From Eledone cirrhosa (Eukaryota): DNA of 64,000 nucleotides. The stretch spans positions 334,118,001 through 334,182,000 of the forward strand of contig OZ024740.1 in NCBI GenBank assembly GCA_964016885.1, written 5' to 3'. Below are positions 26,495 through 40,020 of the stretch, one piece after another; position 1 is the first letter of the stretch; every line of letters starts with the position of its first letter. The notes under the pieces were generated by a model that was not told where the DNA came from, searched no databases, and saw only the letters and a program-made list of their open reading frames with translations. The translations under genes were made by a program, and so were the position numbers.

Positions 26495-29450
26495 CCTCGA
26501 TAAGAGTGTTTAAATGTCGAACCTAAACAGTTCGAATAACGGTGAAATGGAGACTAGAACATCATGTGACAGACTCTCACCCAACAGGTGCTCCCTGGCT
26601 CAGCAGCAGGGACCTGGCTGTCAACCAAATACTGCTGGTGTCGGAGGAAGAAGAAGAAGGAAAGGGACCAGAACCAACTGGACGAAAGAATTGAATAGAA
26701 CTGTTATGCAATGTTACCTGAAAAGTAACCCCAAGGAGAGGGGCTATAGGAAACGGATGCATAACATCTGGAACGAGATTGGTCTATTTAAATTAGATGA
26801 ACAAAAATTGGCCGGGCAGGCTCGGCTAATAAGAACTAATGGGTGGATAAGCGAGCTGGAACTGGAGGAACTGAGCAGAGAGATTAGCTTGGAGATGGAG
26901 GGTGGAGTATGCCAGGCAGACGAGCCAGTGGGAAATGAAGGTGAAGTGGTCGAGAGAACGGAGGAATCACCCGAAGCAGACAATGATCTGAATACTGAGA
27001 TAAATAATACCTGGAACAGAGATACGGCCACTGAGGAGATGAATGCTGACGTGCTAGGACAAGATTTGGTTGACATCCTAAATTTAGTGGTAGATGAATT
27101 GAACAATGATAGTGGGAGACCTATGAACCTAAGATTTGTAGACAGGAAAAAGTTAAAAGAAACAACAGCTAAGGTAAACAAAGTCATCCCATACCTTGAG
27201 GCGAGGAGCCTTCACCAGTGCAACAATATCTTCAAAGCAACAGCAAATACGGTGAGGAAACTACTTGGTATAAAAGCGAGAGGAAACAACAGACAAGAAA
27301 GAGCAGAGCCTTAGTGGAAGAAACGACTGAGTGGTCAAATCAGGTAAATGAGAAATGACATTGAAAAGCTTGAGTCCCTACTGAATGGGACACTAAAAAA
27401 CATAGACACTAAAAATAGACTGGAAATAAAGTACAAAACTAGGAGGAAAAAGCTAAATATTATCATAGAGGAACTGAAGCAACGCATTGTAGCAAAGAGT
27501 GCAAAAATCAGGCGATACGAGAACAGAGTCAGTCAGTATAAACAGTCACGTGGTACAAAGGACCAGTTACTTATTGATAAGATGGTAATGGGGAATTGCA
27601 GGAGGAGACACACTGATCTTGCCATGGGATGGATAGACTACAGAAAGGCATTTGACATGGTGCCTCATTCTTGGTTCACCAAAAGCCTGGAGATCTTCAA
27701 GGTGGCAGATAACATCAGACACTTGTTGGGCAAAAGTATGAGGTCCTGGGAAACAGAGTTGACATCAACTGGAGAATCCTTGGGAAGCGTGAAGATCAAG
27801 AGAGGTATCTTCCAGGAAGATATCCTGTCCCCTCTGTTGTTTGTCCTTGCCCTGATGCCTCTGACCAGTGTACTGCGAAAAGTGAGAGCAGGATACAGGT
27901 TGGGAAAGGGAGGGCTTACCATCAATCACCTCCTCTTCATGGATGATCTTAAGCTCTTCGGGAAGAGTGAGAAGGAGTTGGATGTGCTTGTTGACACTCC
28001 GTATTTTCAGCAGTGATATATGTATGCAATTTGGTATTAGTAAGTGTGGATTCATTGTGATGAGGAGGGGTAGGTTGAGCAGCAGTAACCGAATCCAGAT
28101 ACCAACAGGTGAGATGATAAAGGAAATTGACTGTGAGGAAGGATACAAGTATTTGGGCGTTCTGGAGGCTGATGGCATAAAGAACAAAAAAATGAAGGAA
28201 TTGTTAAGAACTGAATACATTCGGAGAGTAAGGAGCGTATTGAAGTCACATCTGAACAGCAGAAATGCCATAAGTGCAGTAAATTCCCGAGCAGTGTCTA
28301 TTATTAGGTACAGTGCGGGAATTCTGAGATGGAATGTTGCTGAACAAAAAGAAATGAATAGGAAGACTAGGAAGCTATTGACTATCTACAACATGTTCCA
28401 CAAGAGGAGTGATGTCGATAGACACTACTTAAGGAGATCTGAGGGTGGAAGAGGTCTTATCAGCATAGAGGACTGTGTTCAGATGGAACAAAACAACCTA
28501 CACAAATACGTGACTGATAGTAAGGAGCCAATGCTCAGAACTGTACTGAATGAGAGGACAATAGACCAGGGGATGTCCAAGGAGGAAATAACATCAAGGA
28601 GAAATAGCAGCCTTCAGGAAAAATCCCTTCATAGTAACTTCTTTGAGAAAACTGAATTTAGAGATCCACAGACATGGAACTGGTTGAGAAGAGGAGACCT
28701 TAAAAAGGCTACAGAAGGAATGTTAATGGCTGCGCAGGAGCAGGCCCTCAAAACGAAGTGGTTGAAACACCATATTTACAAGGAGGAGGCTAGCCCACTG
28801 TGCAGGATCTGTGGAGAGAGAGAGGAGACTGTGGCTTACATTGTATCCGAGTGTAAACACCTAGCTCAGACCCACTATAAGGGCTGGAGACATGATGTGA
28901 TGGGCAGGGTGATCCACTGGCACCTGTGCAAAGTAAACAATTTACCACATTCTGAGAAATGGTATATGAGCATAAGCCAGAGGCGGTGATAGAGAACGAT
29001 CAGGTGAAGGTGCTGTGGGATTTTAGGATACAGACGGACAAGAAACTGGAACACAATAGACCTGACATGGTGGTTGTGGACAAAGAAAGAAGATCGTGCC
29101 TGATTGTGGATGCGGCCTGCCCATTCGACACGAGAGTGCAAGAAAAGGAGATGGAGAAAATTAACCGATACCAGGACTTAAAGTGGGAGGTAAAAAGGAT
29201 TTGGAACTGCCATGAAGTCAAAGTGATCCCGATTGTCATAGGCGCACTGGGGACTATCTCCAAAAGTTTCCAGGGATGGTTATAGAAAATTGTCCCCTTC
29301 ACGCTTCTTGGAACGCTTCAGAAGGAATGCTTGCTGGGAACAGCAAGAACCCTCCGATACGTCCTGAATATCTGAGGCTGCAGGTAGTGGCTTGATATTC
29401 ATTCCAACACACTTTCCAATTAACTAACATCAATGTCTGAAACTCAAGGC
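26495..29450 (+). mobile_element. Dong/R4-like RLE non-LTR retrotransposon, family A copy 1 (internal deletion, stops, frameshifts)
   Basis: WTKELNRTVMQCY N-terminus, [15 protein letters not shown], CRICx7HIVSEC, RHD, RPD...D, KINRYQDL; (AAT)n on both sides. Confidence 0.93.
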
Positions 29451-29458
29451 GTAATATC

Positions 29459-29520
<62 letters not shown>

Positions 29521-29759
29521 TTTCTTTATTAACCACAAGGGTTTACATAAAGTAGACATTAAGGACAGTGCAGGACAATACAGGATGGTACAAATGAGCA
29601 TTTCTGCGTGTAAAAAACAAAAACAGAGGATGTAACAAAAAATAACAATGAAAAATTCCCCAATAGGGGGGAGACTTCGGAGGGATATTTGTGGAGAAAG
29701 CCCAGTAAAAGGCCACAATGACCCTGACCACCAAGGCAAGTGCCCTCTCCCAGTTTTCC

Positions 29760-32700
29760 ACCTTTAATTTACAGATATATACTCAGAGTAGGCCCATTCA
29801 CTCGGGCCATTCTTGCTTCTCTCACCCATCTTTCGACAAAATGCTTGGAAGAGAGCACTTCCCTCTCTACTCTGATTTCCTTTTCAAATGAAATTTGAAA
29901 AAGTCAATCAGAGTATCACCGAAGAGGTAAGTGCTCGTCTTCAGCCCTTTCAAACGTGTCCACCATACTATCTCTTTCGCCATGGCCACCAGACAGATAA
30001 AAACTGCCTGCCATTCCCGGCTAAAGGAGGAGGGCGGTGCAATCCTCACGATGGACTCAGATGATAGCTGGATCCGTCCTAAACGCGATAGCAGGTGTTC
30101 GACATAAACCCACAAGTCAGCAATTTTCGGACACTGAACGAGTGCGTGCAGGACGGTTTCGTCGCCCTGGGCGCATCTCGGACATGCCCGGCTGACGCCA
30201 CCTCCATGCCTGTAGAGTTTATCCCGAACTGGCAAGGTTCCTCGGTAGCACTGCCAGGCCAGAGATTTCTGGAAGTTGTCCATAGGCCCTGGCCCGAAAG
30301 TTCTTCCGAAGAGATTGGCTAGTTGATTTTCGTCGACGCTCTTCCCCTCCACTAATCCTCTATAGAACGCCGAGGTGGAGTTTCCACCGATCACATTGCC
30401 CGATTGGTCGAGGGCTGTGAGCGCCTGAAGACATTCCAGTCTCCAGGCGCTCCCTCTAGGTCTTCGTTTGACCCAGGACTGCAGCTCCGTCAAGCAAACA
30501 AGCTGGGGAAATACGTGTCTAGCAAACGGCGACCACACCTGATCACCGTCGAGGAAGAGGTGGAGATGTCGTAGCCTGAGCGCGTGCCTGCGCATCATCA
30601 GCCACGGCATGCCCAGCCATCCACGTAGCGGGTGTTGACAACAGATGGACCGCCTGACCATCGGAGCTCGTCACTTCCACAAAAAGCGAAAGAGCAAACG
30701 CTCCAGCGCAGTCAGGCGAGGCTTAGGACAAGGTACGACGGTCAGGCGGTAATAGATGACAGACGCGATGTACGCGTTAGCCACCTCCGCTCGACCTTTC
30801 AGGGATAGCTTCCTCTCCGCCCATTTCTGGGTGAGAGAAGTCACCCTGCTCGTCACCTCGTCCCAGTTTTTGTCCGTCTGGGGGTCCGGACCGACCCAGA
30901 CCCCTAGCAATTTAACCGGTCCGCCGTCCAGCGTCCGACGACGCTGTTGGACGGCATGGACCTGCCTCTCCAGGTGCCGAGCTGCAGGCCCACTGACTTT
31001 TCCTGGTTGATCATTGCTCCTGTCACCGCTTCGTATTCTCTTAGTGTAGTGCCGATCGCCTCCATGTGTTTGGCGTTCGACATCACTTCGGTGACATCGT
31101 CCGCATATGCTGACACGGATCTTCCGCATCATAGTTCGCGCGGGACGCCCCTCAACGTCTCCAGTTTGTGCAGTAATGGCTCAAGAGTCAATACGTACAA
31201 GAGCGACGAGAGGGGACATCCTTGGCGGACCGAGCGCATGATGTTGAACTGTTCCGACAGGTGTCCGTTCAATCTCACCACAGAGCAGATGTCGCTGTGC
31301 ATGGCAGCGATCCAGTCTCTGAAGACGGGCCCAAAGCCAGCCGCCCTCAGGACTGCCGCTAGGTAACGATGGTCGACCCTATCGAAAGCTTTCGACTGAT
31401 CTAAATTGATCAAGGACCCACCCGTGCCAGGTTCCCTAGCTACCGTCTCTACGATGTATCGCATGAGGTGGAGGTTGTCGTGGATGGATCTGTCGGGAAT
31501 GGCGCATGTCTGCGCCTCTCCCACCAGACCACCAACGACAAGCGCCAACCTCTTTGCTAGCACCTTGGCCAAAATCTTGAACTCTGTGTTTAGCAGAGTT
31601 ATGGGCCGGAAATTATCTATGTTATTCCCCTTGTTCGGATCCTTTCTCAGCAGTGCCACCGCTCCTCGGCTCACAGAACTGGGAATTCTCCCGTTCTGTT
31701 GCCAGTTGCAGTAGACGTCCGCCAAGAGGCCTCCGAACAAGTCTGGCATCTGTACGTAAAGTTCATAGGGCAGACGATACAAACCAGGCGATTTACCCCT
31801 TGTGCAGCCAGTCATTGCCTCCCTTACTTCAGCGGCTGTTATCGGCTTTTCGCAACCCTTCGCCTCAGTGGCCGAGAGCCGCGGCAGTCCGTGGAGATAG
31901 ACACTAAAGTCCATCCCTCGACCCGGCCCACCGCTGCCCCCGAACAGCTGAGCGAAGTGTTGCTGAAAAGCTTCACACATTTGCCCGGGATCGAGTAGCA
32001 TGCGCCCGTCGTGGTCCACCAAAGACCGGATCGTGGCTTTGTTGCCACGACGCGCCTCCGCCACTCGGGCCCATTGAACGGCTTTCGTCCCCTCGTGTCT
32101 GAGAGCACGCACACTTGCTCTGACAACGCAGCCTTCGTGCTTTGCATTGAAGAATTGGTCAAGGGCCAATTTCGCCGCAAGCACGTCGGTCGCAATGCCT
32201 TTGCTAAGCGCCTCGTCTAATTTTCTAACTAGTTCTCCCTCTGCTCTATTTTTCTCTATTGCTAAAGCCTTACTAAACCTAATGGATTCTATTCTAATCG
32301 CTCTTTTCAGAGCAAACCACCACTTGTTGTTGACGATGGCCCTCGTCAACGCCTGCTCAACTAGTTCGCTAATCCGGTCTCTGTAGGCCTTGCGCGCTGG
32401 TAAGGACGCGTTTAGCTTCGAGTAGCCGGGTCCTCGTCTATGAAGCCTATCTAAGTCAAGCACACAGATCACGAATTTGTGGTCCGTGTAGCTGACTATT
32501 TTGAATTGTGGACAGCCTATGCTAGACATATCTATTTCCCTACAAAATAATCTATCTAGATATGATCTGGATGACCCTATACGATTTGTCCAAGTCTACA
32601 TTGGCACATTCGGGAAATCCAATCGGTACCTGTCAGACAGTTCAAAACGCCTGAGCAGGTTGGTGAGGCTCTTGCACCCTCCACCCCTATCCGCTAATCC

Positions 32701-33159
32701 CACACAGTCCCAGCGTGCATCTAAGATCCCGTTCCAGTCGCCCACTAACACTAAAGAGCAGGACGTTCCAAGAAACGTATCCAGACGCCGGAAGAAATCA
32801 GGCCGCCCTGCTCCTGTCGGGCCATAGACGGCCACTAGCCTGAAAGCTTGCCCGTCTCCGCTGGTCACGTCCAGCACCACCAGCTTACCCTCTGGGTCCA
32901 GGAAGATGGCCCGTATGGCGAGATCCAAACCTCTCCGAAAAAGCACAGCAACTCCGCCCCCCGATCCCGGACGGCTGGGAGATGCGTACACATCGTAGCC
33001 GCCGAAGATCGGTGCGAAGGCCCGTGCTTCGGAGATTCTGGTCTCGCTGATGGCCACTACATCTATGTTTAGTGACCTGAGGTCCTTGAGCAGGCCACCC
33101 TGCTTCCATGACGACCCCAAGCCACGCGCATTTATGCTGCCTATTCTGAGTGAGGTCAT
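29760..33159 (-). pseudogene. T1 ORF2: apurinic endonuclease, reverse transcriptase, C-terminal zinc finger
   Basis: IGSINARGL, SET, GDWN, YTDH; KSPG, FRPITLLN, LDQSKAFDRV, QGCPLS, YADD; CPRC...H...C; split over five ORFs. Confidence 0.92.
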
Positions 33160-33193
33160 GTTTAAAATAGAGTGGAAAAGATGGGAAGACCAC

Positions 33194-35337
33194 TTACCGT
33201 ACTTTTCGTAGAGGAGGGATTGTTTTTACATCCCTTTTCACTTGATCGTCTGGTGAAGGCACCGTTGAATCGTCCCTTCGGCTGGTCGTCGGATCTTCTA
33301 TGAGTATGTCCGAATATACTCTTCGATTGATAGTTCCTCCTAGGTCCCTGAAATCACCAACTGCGTTGGGGAATTTCGTTTTAATGTTTGTGTATTGTTT
33401 CTGTGCTATTTTTAGCAGTCTTATGTTAGTTGGCGTTTTGATTGGTGCTGGTATTATGTAGTCGTGTTGTGAAATGTCTGTGTGTTCAATTATGTAAGTC
33501 ATTAGTTTCTTGTTGTGTGTATTTATTGCCGTGCATTCGTTATTCTGGGGGTGGGGTGTGGTTCTGCTATTTTCTTGTCGTTGTTGCTGGGTGTGTGTGT
33601 TTTGTTGTTGTGTTTGCGATGTTGGTGCTTGTGGTGGTGGTGTTGAAGGTGTTGTTGGCAGTGGGGTTGTCGCCGGTGGTGATGGTGGTGCTAGTGTGGG
33701 TGGTGATGGTCTTGGTGGTCTTGCTGCTGTGAGTCTCTTTGCAGTAGACTTTACCCTTTTCTCATTTCTTTCCTCCCTTTTCAAAGGCGACGATGCGCTG
33801 CTTCTGCGTTTGTACCTTCTTACGACCTTTTGCCATCCCTCTCCCACCTCACACTCCATATCTGATTCTGGAAGGTCGGGGAGGGGTACCAGCTCCACTC
33901 TTTCACTTGTTGTTGTTGGTGTGTTTGCACTGGAGTCTCTGTTGCAGCTGCATTTGGTATTGCTGTTGTTGTTGTTAATATTTCCACTGCTGCTGCTGTT
34001 TTTGATTTCCGTGGCGTGGGTATGGGTGCCACAGACCTATCGTTCCTGGTTGCCGCTTGCCCTGTTGCAGGTAGCCGTGGAGCCGGTTTTGGAAGGAGGG
34101 GGGTTTTCTCCTTTCTCAGGGTCTTCTCGTTGCAGAAGGCCCTGAGGTGAGTCCTCGATCCACAGCGAAAGCATTTCGGGCGTTTGCCCTCAACACTTAT
34201 GGGCAGTTGAGTGCCGTTATCGAAGTCTATCACATCCGGGATAGCTTCGATGTACTCCTGATTGGTTTGGATTAACATCTCAATGGAGGTGCTGACCCAA
34301 TCTTCTCTTACTTTTTTCTGTACTTGCAGTACAGTTGTTTTGTCCTCGATTCCGACGAGGACAGACGCGGCCAGCCAAGAAGGGGCCATCCCGGGGGGGG
34401 GGGGGGCGTGGGTTAGTTTGACCCTCACAATTTTTTGCCCGCAGTAGGAGGGCACCAACACCATTTCCTCGCTCCTTAGGGTCACTACGGATTGAGCCTT
34501 TGCCTCCTGAGGTGTGGCAAAAAGTACGTCTACGGTGGCATATTTTTTGCCTCGGGTGATGTGCGTTTTCCGCTGCCACACAGACCCCAAGGCTTTTTGT
34601 ATTTGAGCCTCTGTGGCTCTTTCAACCCTACGAGATTTTGTACTTACTGTACGGTACGTGACCGTACAGTGCTGTTGGGTTTCGAAAAAATTTTCCGCTG
34701 CCTTGCAGATTGCTCGCTGTCAAGTCTTTGTCACCATCTTCTTCGCTTCCTCTAATTCCTCATTTGTTATGAGGATTGTTTCCAGGTTCTTCGCGATACC
34801 TGCAAACGAGATTGGTTTTTCTTTGCTGCTGTTGTTGTTGTTGTCGTCAGAGCTGCTGTTACTTTTGTTGTTGCTGCAGGTACTACGACTACTGCCTCCG
34901 CCGCTGTTGCTGTGGTTGTTATTGGTGTTGCTGCTGCTAATGCTGTTGTTGTTTATGCTGCTGGTAATGCTGTTGCGGCTGCTACTGTTGTTTTCATTGT
35001 CCCTGTTGCTGTTGTTATTACAGCTGCTACTGCTATTATTCCTGACGTCAGACGAATGAAATGGGTTTTCGTATTTCATGCACACCCGTTTCGTCGTTGT
35101 CGTCGTCGTCGTGGAGAAATCTTGCACGCTTTGCACGAGACGTTTCTTTTCTGTCGTCGCTTGCGAAAGAGAAGGGAGGGAGAGAGACACATTTAAAGAA
35201 GGGAGGGAGAGAGACAATCTTCTCTCTGCTGTAGTGATAATTGAGGAAGAAGAAGACGGAATGAGTGGGAGTGACCTACGAAAATTCTTTTTCGTAGCCA
35301 TGTTGTTTTTTTTGTTTAAAATAAATATTGGGCACAA
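33194..35337 (-). pseudogene. T1 ORF1: gag-like protein with CCHC knuckle, frameshifted
   Basis: ORFs 35337-34720, 34590-33820 (CFRCGSRTHLRAFC), 33898-33194; SFAGIAK and WQKV motifs; N/S- and P/T-rich linkers. Confidence 0.82.
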
Positions 35338-35540
35338 AACCCCAATAAGCAGTTATTTAACCCCGAAGGGCCAAATAACGGGCAGAAAGAACCCTCTCAC
35401 GAGGAGGAGGGTGTTTTTGTCTACAAGTTCGTTAAAGTTTTAAACAATTTACAATTGTTATAGCGTTCAAAATTTACAATACCTTACAGAGCCGAGCCTC
35501 CGTCAACCATAGCATTCAATAATAATAATAATAATAATAA

Positions 35541-37086
35541 GATGCTGTTTGGACAGCTTGAAGAGAAAGAAAGAGGCAACGACTTGATCCCTGCGGCGGA
35601 ACAAACTAGAACATTCTGGAGAGGAATATGGGAGCAGGATGTTAAACATAATGACCAGGCAGTGTGGATTGAGACAGTACAGAAGGAGATTAGTGAACAG
35701 GCACACCAACAAACTGATTTGAGTATCACAGTTGAAACTCTTAAGGGGCAGGCCAAAACACTAACCAACTGGAAATCACCAGGCCCAGATGGTGTGCAGG
35801 GGTATTGGATTAAAAATATAACATCCCTCCACCCGAAACTGACAACCATGTTCAATGACTGCTTGATGTCAGGTGAGGTACCAGAGTGGTTGACAAAAGG
35901 TACCACAGTTCTGATAATGAAAGACCGAATCAAGGGTAAGGATGTTACCAAATATAGACCTATCACATGTCTGTCCGTAATGTAGAAACTGTTGACAAGC
36001 ATTATGTCTTAGGAAATCTACCATCACCTCCACACAAACAACCTGTTACCGGACGAACAGAAATGATGCCGAAAGAAGTCACGTGGTACAAAGGACCAGT
36101 TACTTATTGATAAGATGGTAATGAGGAGAAAAACAACCTACACAAATTCGTGACTGGTAGTAAGGAGCCAATGCTCAGAACTGTACTGAAGGTCGGGACA
36201 ATAGACCAGGGGATGTCCAAGGAGGAAATAACAACAAGGAGAAAGAGCAGCCTTCAGGAAAAATCCCTTCATAGTAACTTCTTTGAGAAAATTGAATTCA
36301 GAGATCCACAGACATGGAACTGGTTGAAAAGAGGAGACCTTAAAAAGGCTACAGAAGGAATGCTAATGGCTGCTCAAGAGCAGGCCCTCAAAACGAAGTG
36401 GTTGAAACACCATATCTGCAAGGAGGAGGCTAGCCCACTGTGCAGGATCTGTGGAGAGAGAGAGGAGACTGTGGCTCACATTGTATCCGAGTGTAAACAC
36501 CTAGCCCAGACCCACTATAAGGGCTGGAGACATGATGTGATGGGCAGGGTGATCCACTGGCACCTGTGCAAAGTAAACAATTTACCACATTCTGAGAAGG
36601 GGTATGAGCATAAGCCACAGTCGGTGATAGAAAACGATCAGGTGAAGGTGCTGTGGAATTTTAGGATACAGACGGACAAGAAACTGGACCACAATAGACC
36701 TGACCTGGTGGTTGTGAACAAAGAAAAAAGATCGTGCCTGATTGTGGATGTGGCCTGCCCATTCGACACAAGAGTGCAAGAGAAGGAGAGGGAGAAAATT
36801 AACCGATACCAGGATTTAAAGTGGGAGGTAAAAAGGATTTGGAACTGCCATGAAGTCAAAGTGGTCCCGATTGTCATAGGCGCACTAGGTACTATCTCAA
36901 AAAGTTTCCAGGGATGGTTAAAGAAAATTGGCCCTTCACGCTTTTTGGAACGCTTCAAAAGGCAAGATTGCTGGGAACAGCAAGAACCCTCCGATACGTC
37001 CTGAATATCTGAGGCTGCAGGTAGTGGCTTGATATTCATTTCAACAAACTTTCCAGTTAACTAACATGAATGACTGAGACTCAAAG
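35541..37086 (+). mobile_element. Dong/R4-like family A copy 2, 5'-truncated, ~0.9-kb internal deletion
   Basis: Starts after (AAT)n 35518-35540; KSPGPDG, then jumps near 36127 to the C-terminal region; same 3' UTR and AAT tail. Confidence 0.92.
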
Positions 37087-37119
37087 AACAATAATAATAG
37101 TAATAATAATAATAATAAT

Positions 37120-39463
37120 GATTTCTTTATTAACCACAAGGGTTTTCATAAAGTAGACATTAAGGACAGTGCAGGACAATACAGGACGGTACAAATGGGC
37201 ATTTCTGCGTGTAAAAAACAAAAACAGAGGATGTAACAAAAAAATAACAATGAAAAATTCCCCAATAGGGGGGAGACTTCGGAGGGACATTTGTGGAGAA
37301 AGCCCAGTAAAAGGCCACAGTGACCATGACCACCAAGGCACGTGCCCTCTCCCAGTGTTCCACCTTTAATTTACAGATACGTACTCAGAGTAGGCCCATT
37401 CACTCGGGCCATTCTTGCTTCTCTCACCCATCTTTCAACAAAATGCTGGGAAGACAGCACTTCCCTCTCTACCCTGATTTCCTTTTCAAATGAAATATGA
37501 AAAAGTTAATCAGGGCATCACCGAAGAGGTAAGTGCTCGTCTTCAGCCCTTTCAAACGTGTCCACCATACTATCTCTTTCGCCATGGCCACCAGACAGAT
37601 AATAACTGCCTGCCATTCCGGGCTAAAGGAAGAGGGTGGGGAAATCCTCACGATGGGGTCAGCTGATAGCTGGATCCGTCCTACACGTGACAGCAGGTGT
37701 TCGACATAAACCCACAAGTCAGCAATACTCGGACACTGGACGAGTGCGTGCACGAGGGATTCGTCGCCCTGCCCGCATCTCGGATATGCCCGGCGAACGG
37801 CACCTCCATGCCTGTAGAGTTTATCCTGAACTGGCAAAGCTCCTCGGTAGCACTGCCAGGCCAGGGATTTCTGGAAGTTATCCATAGGCCCCGGCCCGAA
37901 AGTGTTTCCGAAGACATTGGCTAGTTGATTTTTGTCGACGCCTAGAGTTTCTCCAAGTACGTCGTCGCTCTTCCGCTCCAATAATCCTCTATAGAACGCC
38001 AAGGGGGAGTTTCGACCGATCACATTGCCCGATTAGTCGAGGGCTGTGAGCGCCTGAAGACATTCCAGTCTCCAAGCGCTCCCTCTCTGTCTTCGCTTGA
38101 CCCAGGACTGCAGCTCCGTCAAGGAGACGAGCTGGGGAAAGACGTGTCTAGCAAACGGCGACCACACCTGATCACCGTCGAGGAAGAGGTGGAGATATCG
38201 TAGCCTGAGCGCGTGTCTGCGCATCCTGAGCCACGGCATGCCCAGCCCTCCACGTAGCGGGTGTTGACAGCAGATGGACCGCCTGACCATCGGAGCGCGT
38301 CCCTCCCACAAAAAGCGAAAGAGCAAACGCTCCAGCGCAGTCAGGCGGGGCTTAGGACAAGGTACAACGGTCAGGCGGTAGTAGATGACGGACGCAATGT
38401 ACGCGTTAGCCACCTCCGCTCGACATTTCAGGGATATCTTCCGCTCCGCCCATTTCTGGGTGAGAGAAGCCACCCTGATCGTCACCTCGTCCCAGTTTTT
38501 GTCCGTCTGGTGGTCCGGACCGAACCAGACCACTAGCAATTTAACCGGTCCGTCCCTCCAGCGCCAGACGACGCTGTTGGACGGCATGGACCTGCCTCTC
38601 CAGGTGCCGAGCTGCAGGCCCATTGACTTTTCCTGGTTGATCATTGCTCCTGTCACCGCTTCGTATTCTCTTAGTGTAGTGCCGATAGCTTCGATGTGTT
38701 TGGCGTTCGACACCACTACGGTGACATCGTCCGCGTATGCTAACACGGAGCTTCCGCCACCTAGTTCGCGCGGCACCCGCCTCAACGTCTCCAGTTTGTG
38801 CAGTAATGGCTCGAGAGTCAATACGTACATGAGGGACGAGAGGAGACATCCTTGGCGGACCGAGCGCATGATGTTGAACGGTTCCGAAAGGTGACCGTTC
38901 ACTCTCACCACAGAGCAGATGTCGCTGTGCATGGCAGCGATCCAGCCTCTGAAGACGGGCCCAAAGCCAGCCGCCCTCAGGACTGCCGCTAGGTAACGAT
39001 GGTCGACCCTATCAAGAGCTTTCGACTGATCTAAATTGATCGAGGACCCACCCGTGACAGGTTCCCTAGCTACCCTCTCTACGATGTATCGCATGAGGTG
39101 GATGTTGTAGTGGATGGATCTGTCAGGAATGGCGCACGTCTGCTCCTTTCCCACCAGACCATCAACGACAAGCGCCAGTCTCTTTGCTAGCACCTTGGCC
39201 AAAATCTTGAACTCTGTGTTTAGCAGAGTTATGGGCCTGAAATTATATATGTTATCCCCCTTGTTCGGATCCTTTCTCAGCAGCGCTACAGCTTTTCGGC
39301 TCACAGAGCTGGGAATTCTCCCGTTCTGTTGCCAGTTGCAGTAGGCGTCCGCCAAGAGGCCTCTGAACAAGTCTGGCATCTGTACGTAAAGTTCATAGGG
39401 CAGACCATCCAAACCAAGCGATTTATCCCTTGTGCAGCCAGCCATTTTCTACCATACTTCAGC
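37120..39463 (-). mobile_element. Tx1/L1-like copy T2 (RT and 3' end only)
   Basis: 470-aa ORF with YADD, close to T1; same 3' UTR and (ATT)n tail. Confidence 0.92.
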
Positions 39464-39465
39464 CG

Positions 39466-39925
39466 ATAAGCCAGAGTCGGTGATAGAAAACGATCATGTG
39501 AAGGTGCTGTGGGATTTTAGGATACAGACGGACAAGAAACTGGAACACGATAGACCTGACTTGGTGGTTTTGGACAAGGAAAATAGATTGTGCCTGCCCA
39601 TTCGACACGAGAGTGCAAGAGAAGGAGAGGGAGAAAATTAATCGATACCAGGACTTAAAGTTGGAGGTAAAAAGGATTAGGAACTGCCATGAAGTCAAAG
39701 TGGTCCTTATTGTCATAGGCGCACTAGGTACTATCTCAAAAAGATTCCAGGGATGTTTAAAGAAAATTGGCCGCGCCAAGCTTTTTGGAACACTTCAAAA
39801 TTCATGCTTGCTGGGAACAGCAAGAACCCTCCGATATGTCCTGAATATCTGAGGCTGCAGGTAGTGGCTTTATATTCATTTCAACAAACTTTCCAGTTAA
39901 CTAACATCAATGACTGAAACTCAAA
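39466..39925 (+). mobile_element. Dong/R4-like family A copy 3 (RLE domain and 3' UTR only)
   Basis: WDFRIQTD, RPD, KINRYQDL, LRYVLNI*; (AAT)n 39930-39976. Confidence 0.9.
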
Positions 39926-39929
39926 AAAC

Positions 39930-39976
<47 letters not shown>

Positions 39977-40020
39977 GGGAAGAAGACGCACGAGGTGACG
40001 GAGGTCATGAAATCGCTCCC

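Larger units (their letters stand above)
29519..35517 (-). mobile_element. Tx1/L1-like non-LTR retrotransposon, full-length but disrupted (copy T1)
   Basis: Two-ORF layout, AATAAA just before an (ATT)n tail, (ATT)n also at the 5' flank. Confidence 0.92.

Noticed and set aside
26744-27187. Recurring 147-aa antisense ORF (also 41879, 46421, 61787)
   Set aside because: Antisense shadow of the retrotransposon ORF in closely related copies; no independent coding evidence
29299-29761. ORFs spanning the Tx1 3' UTR, poly-Leu and Dong 3' end
   Set aside because: Chimeric read-through across an (ATT)n tract
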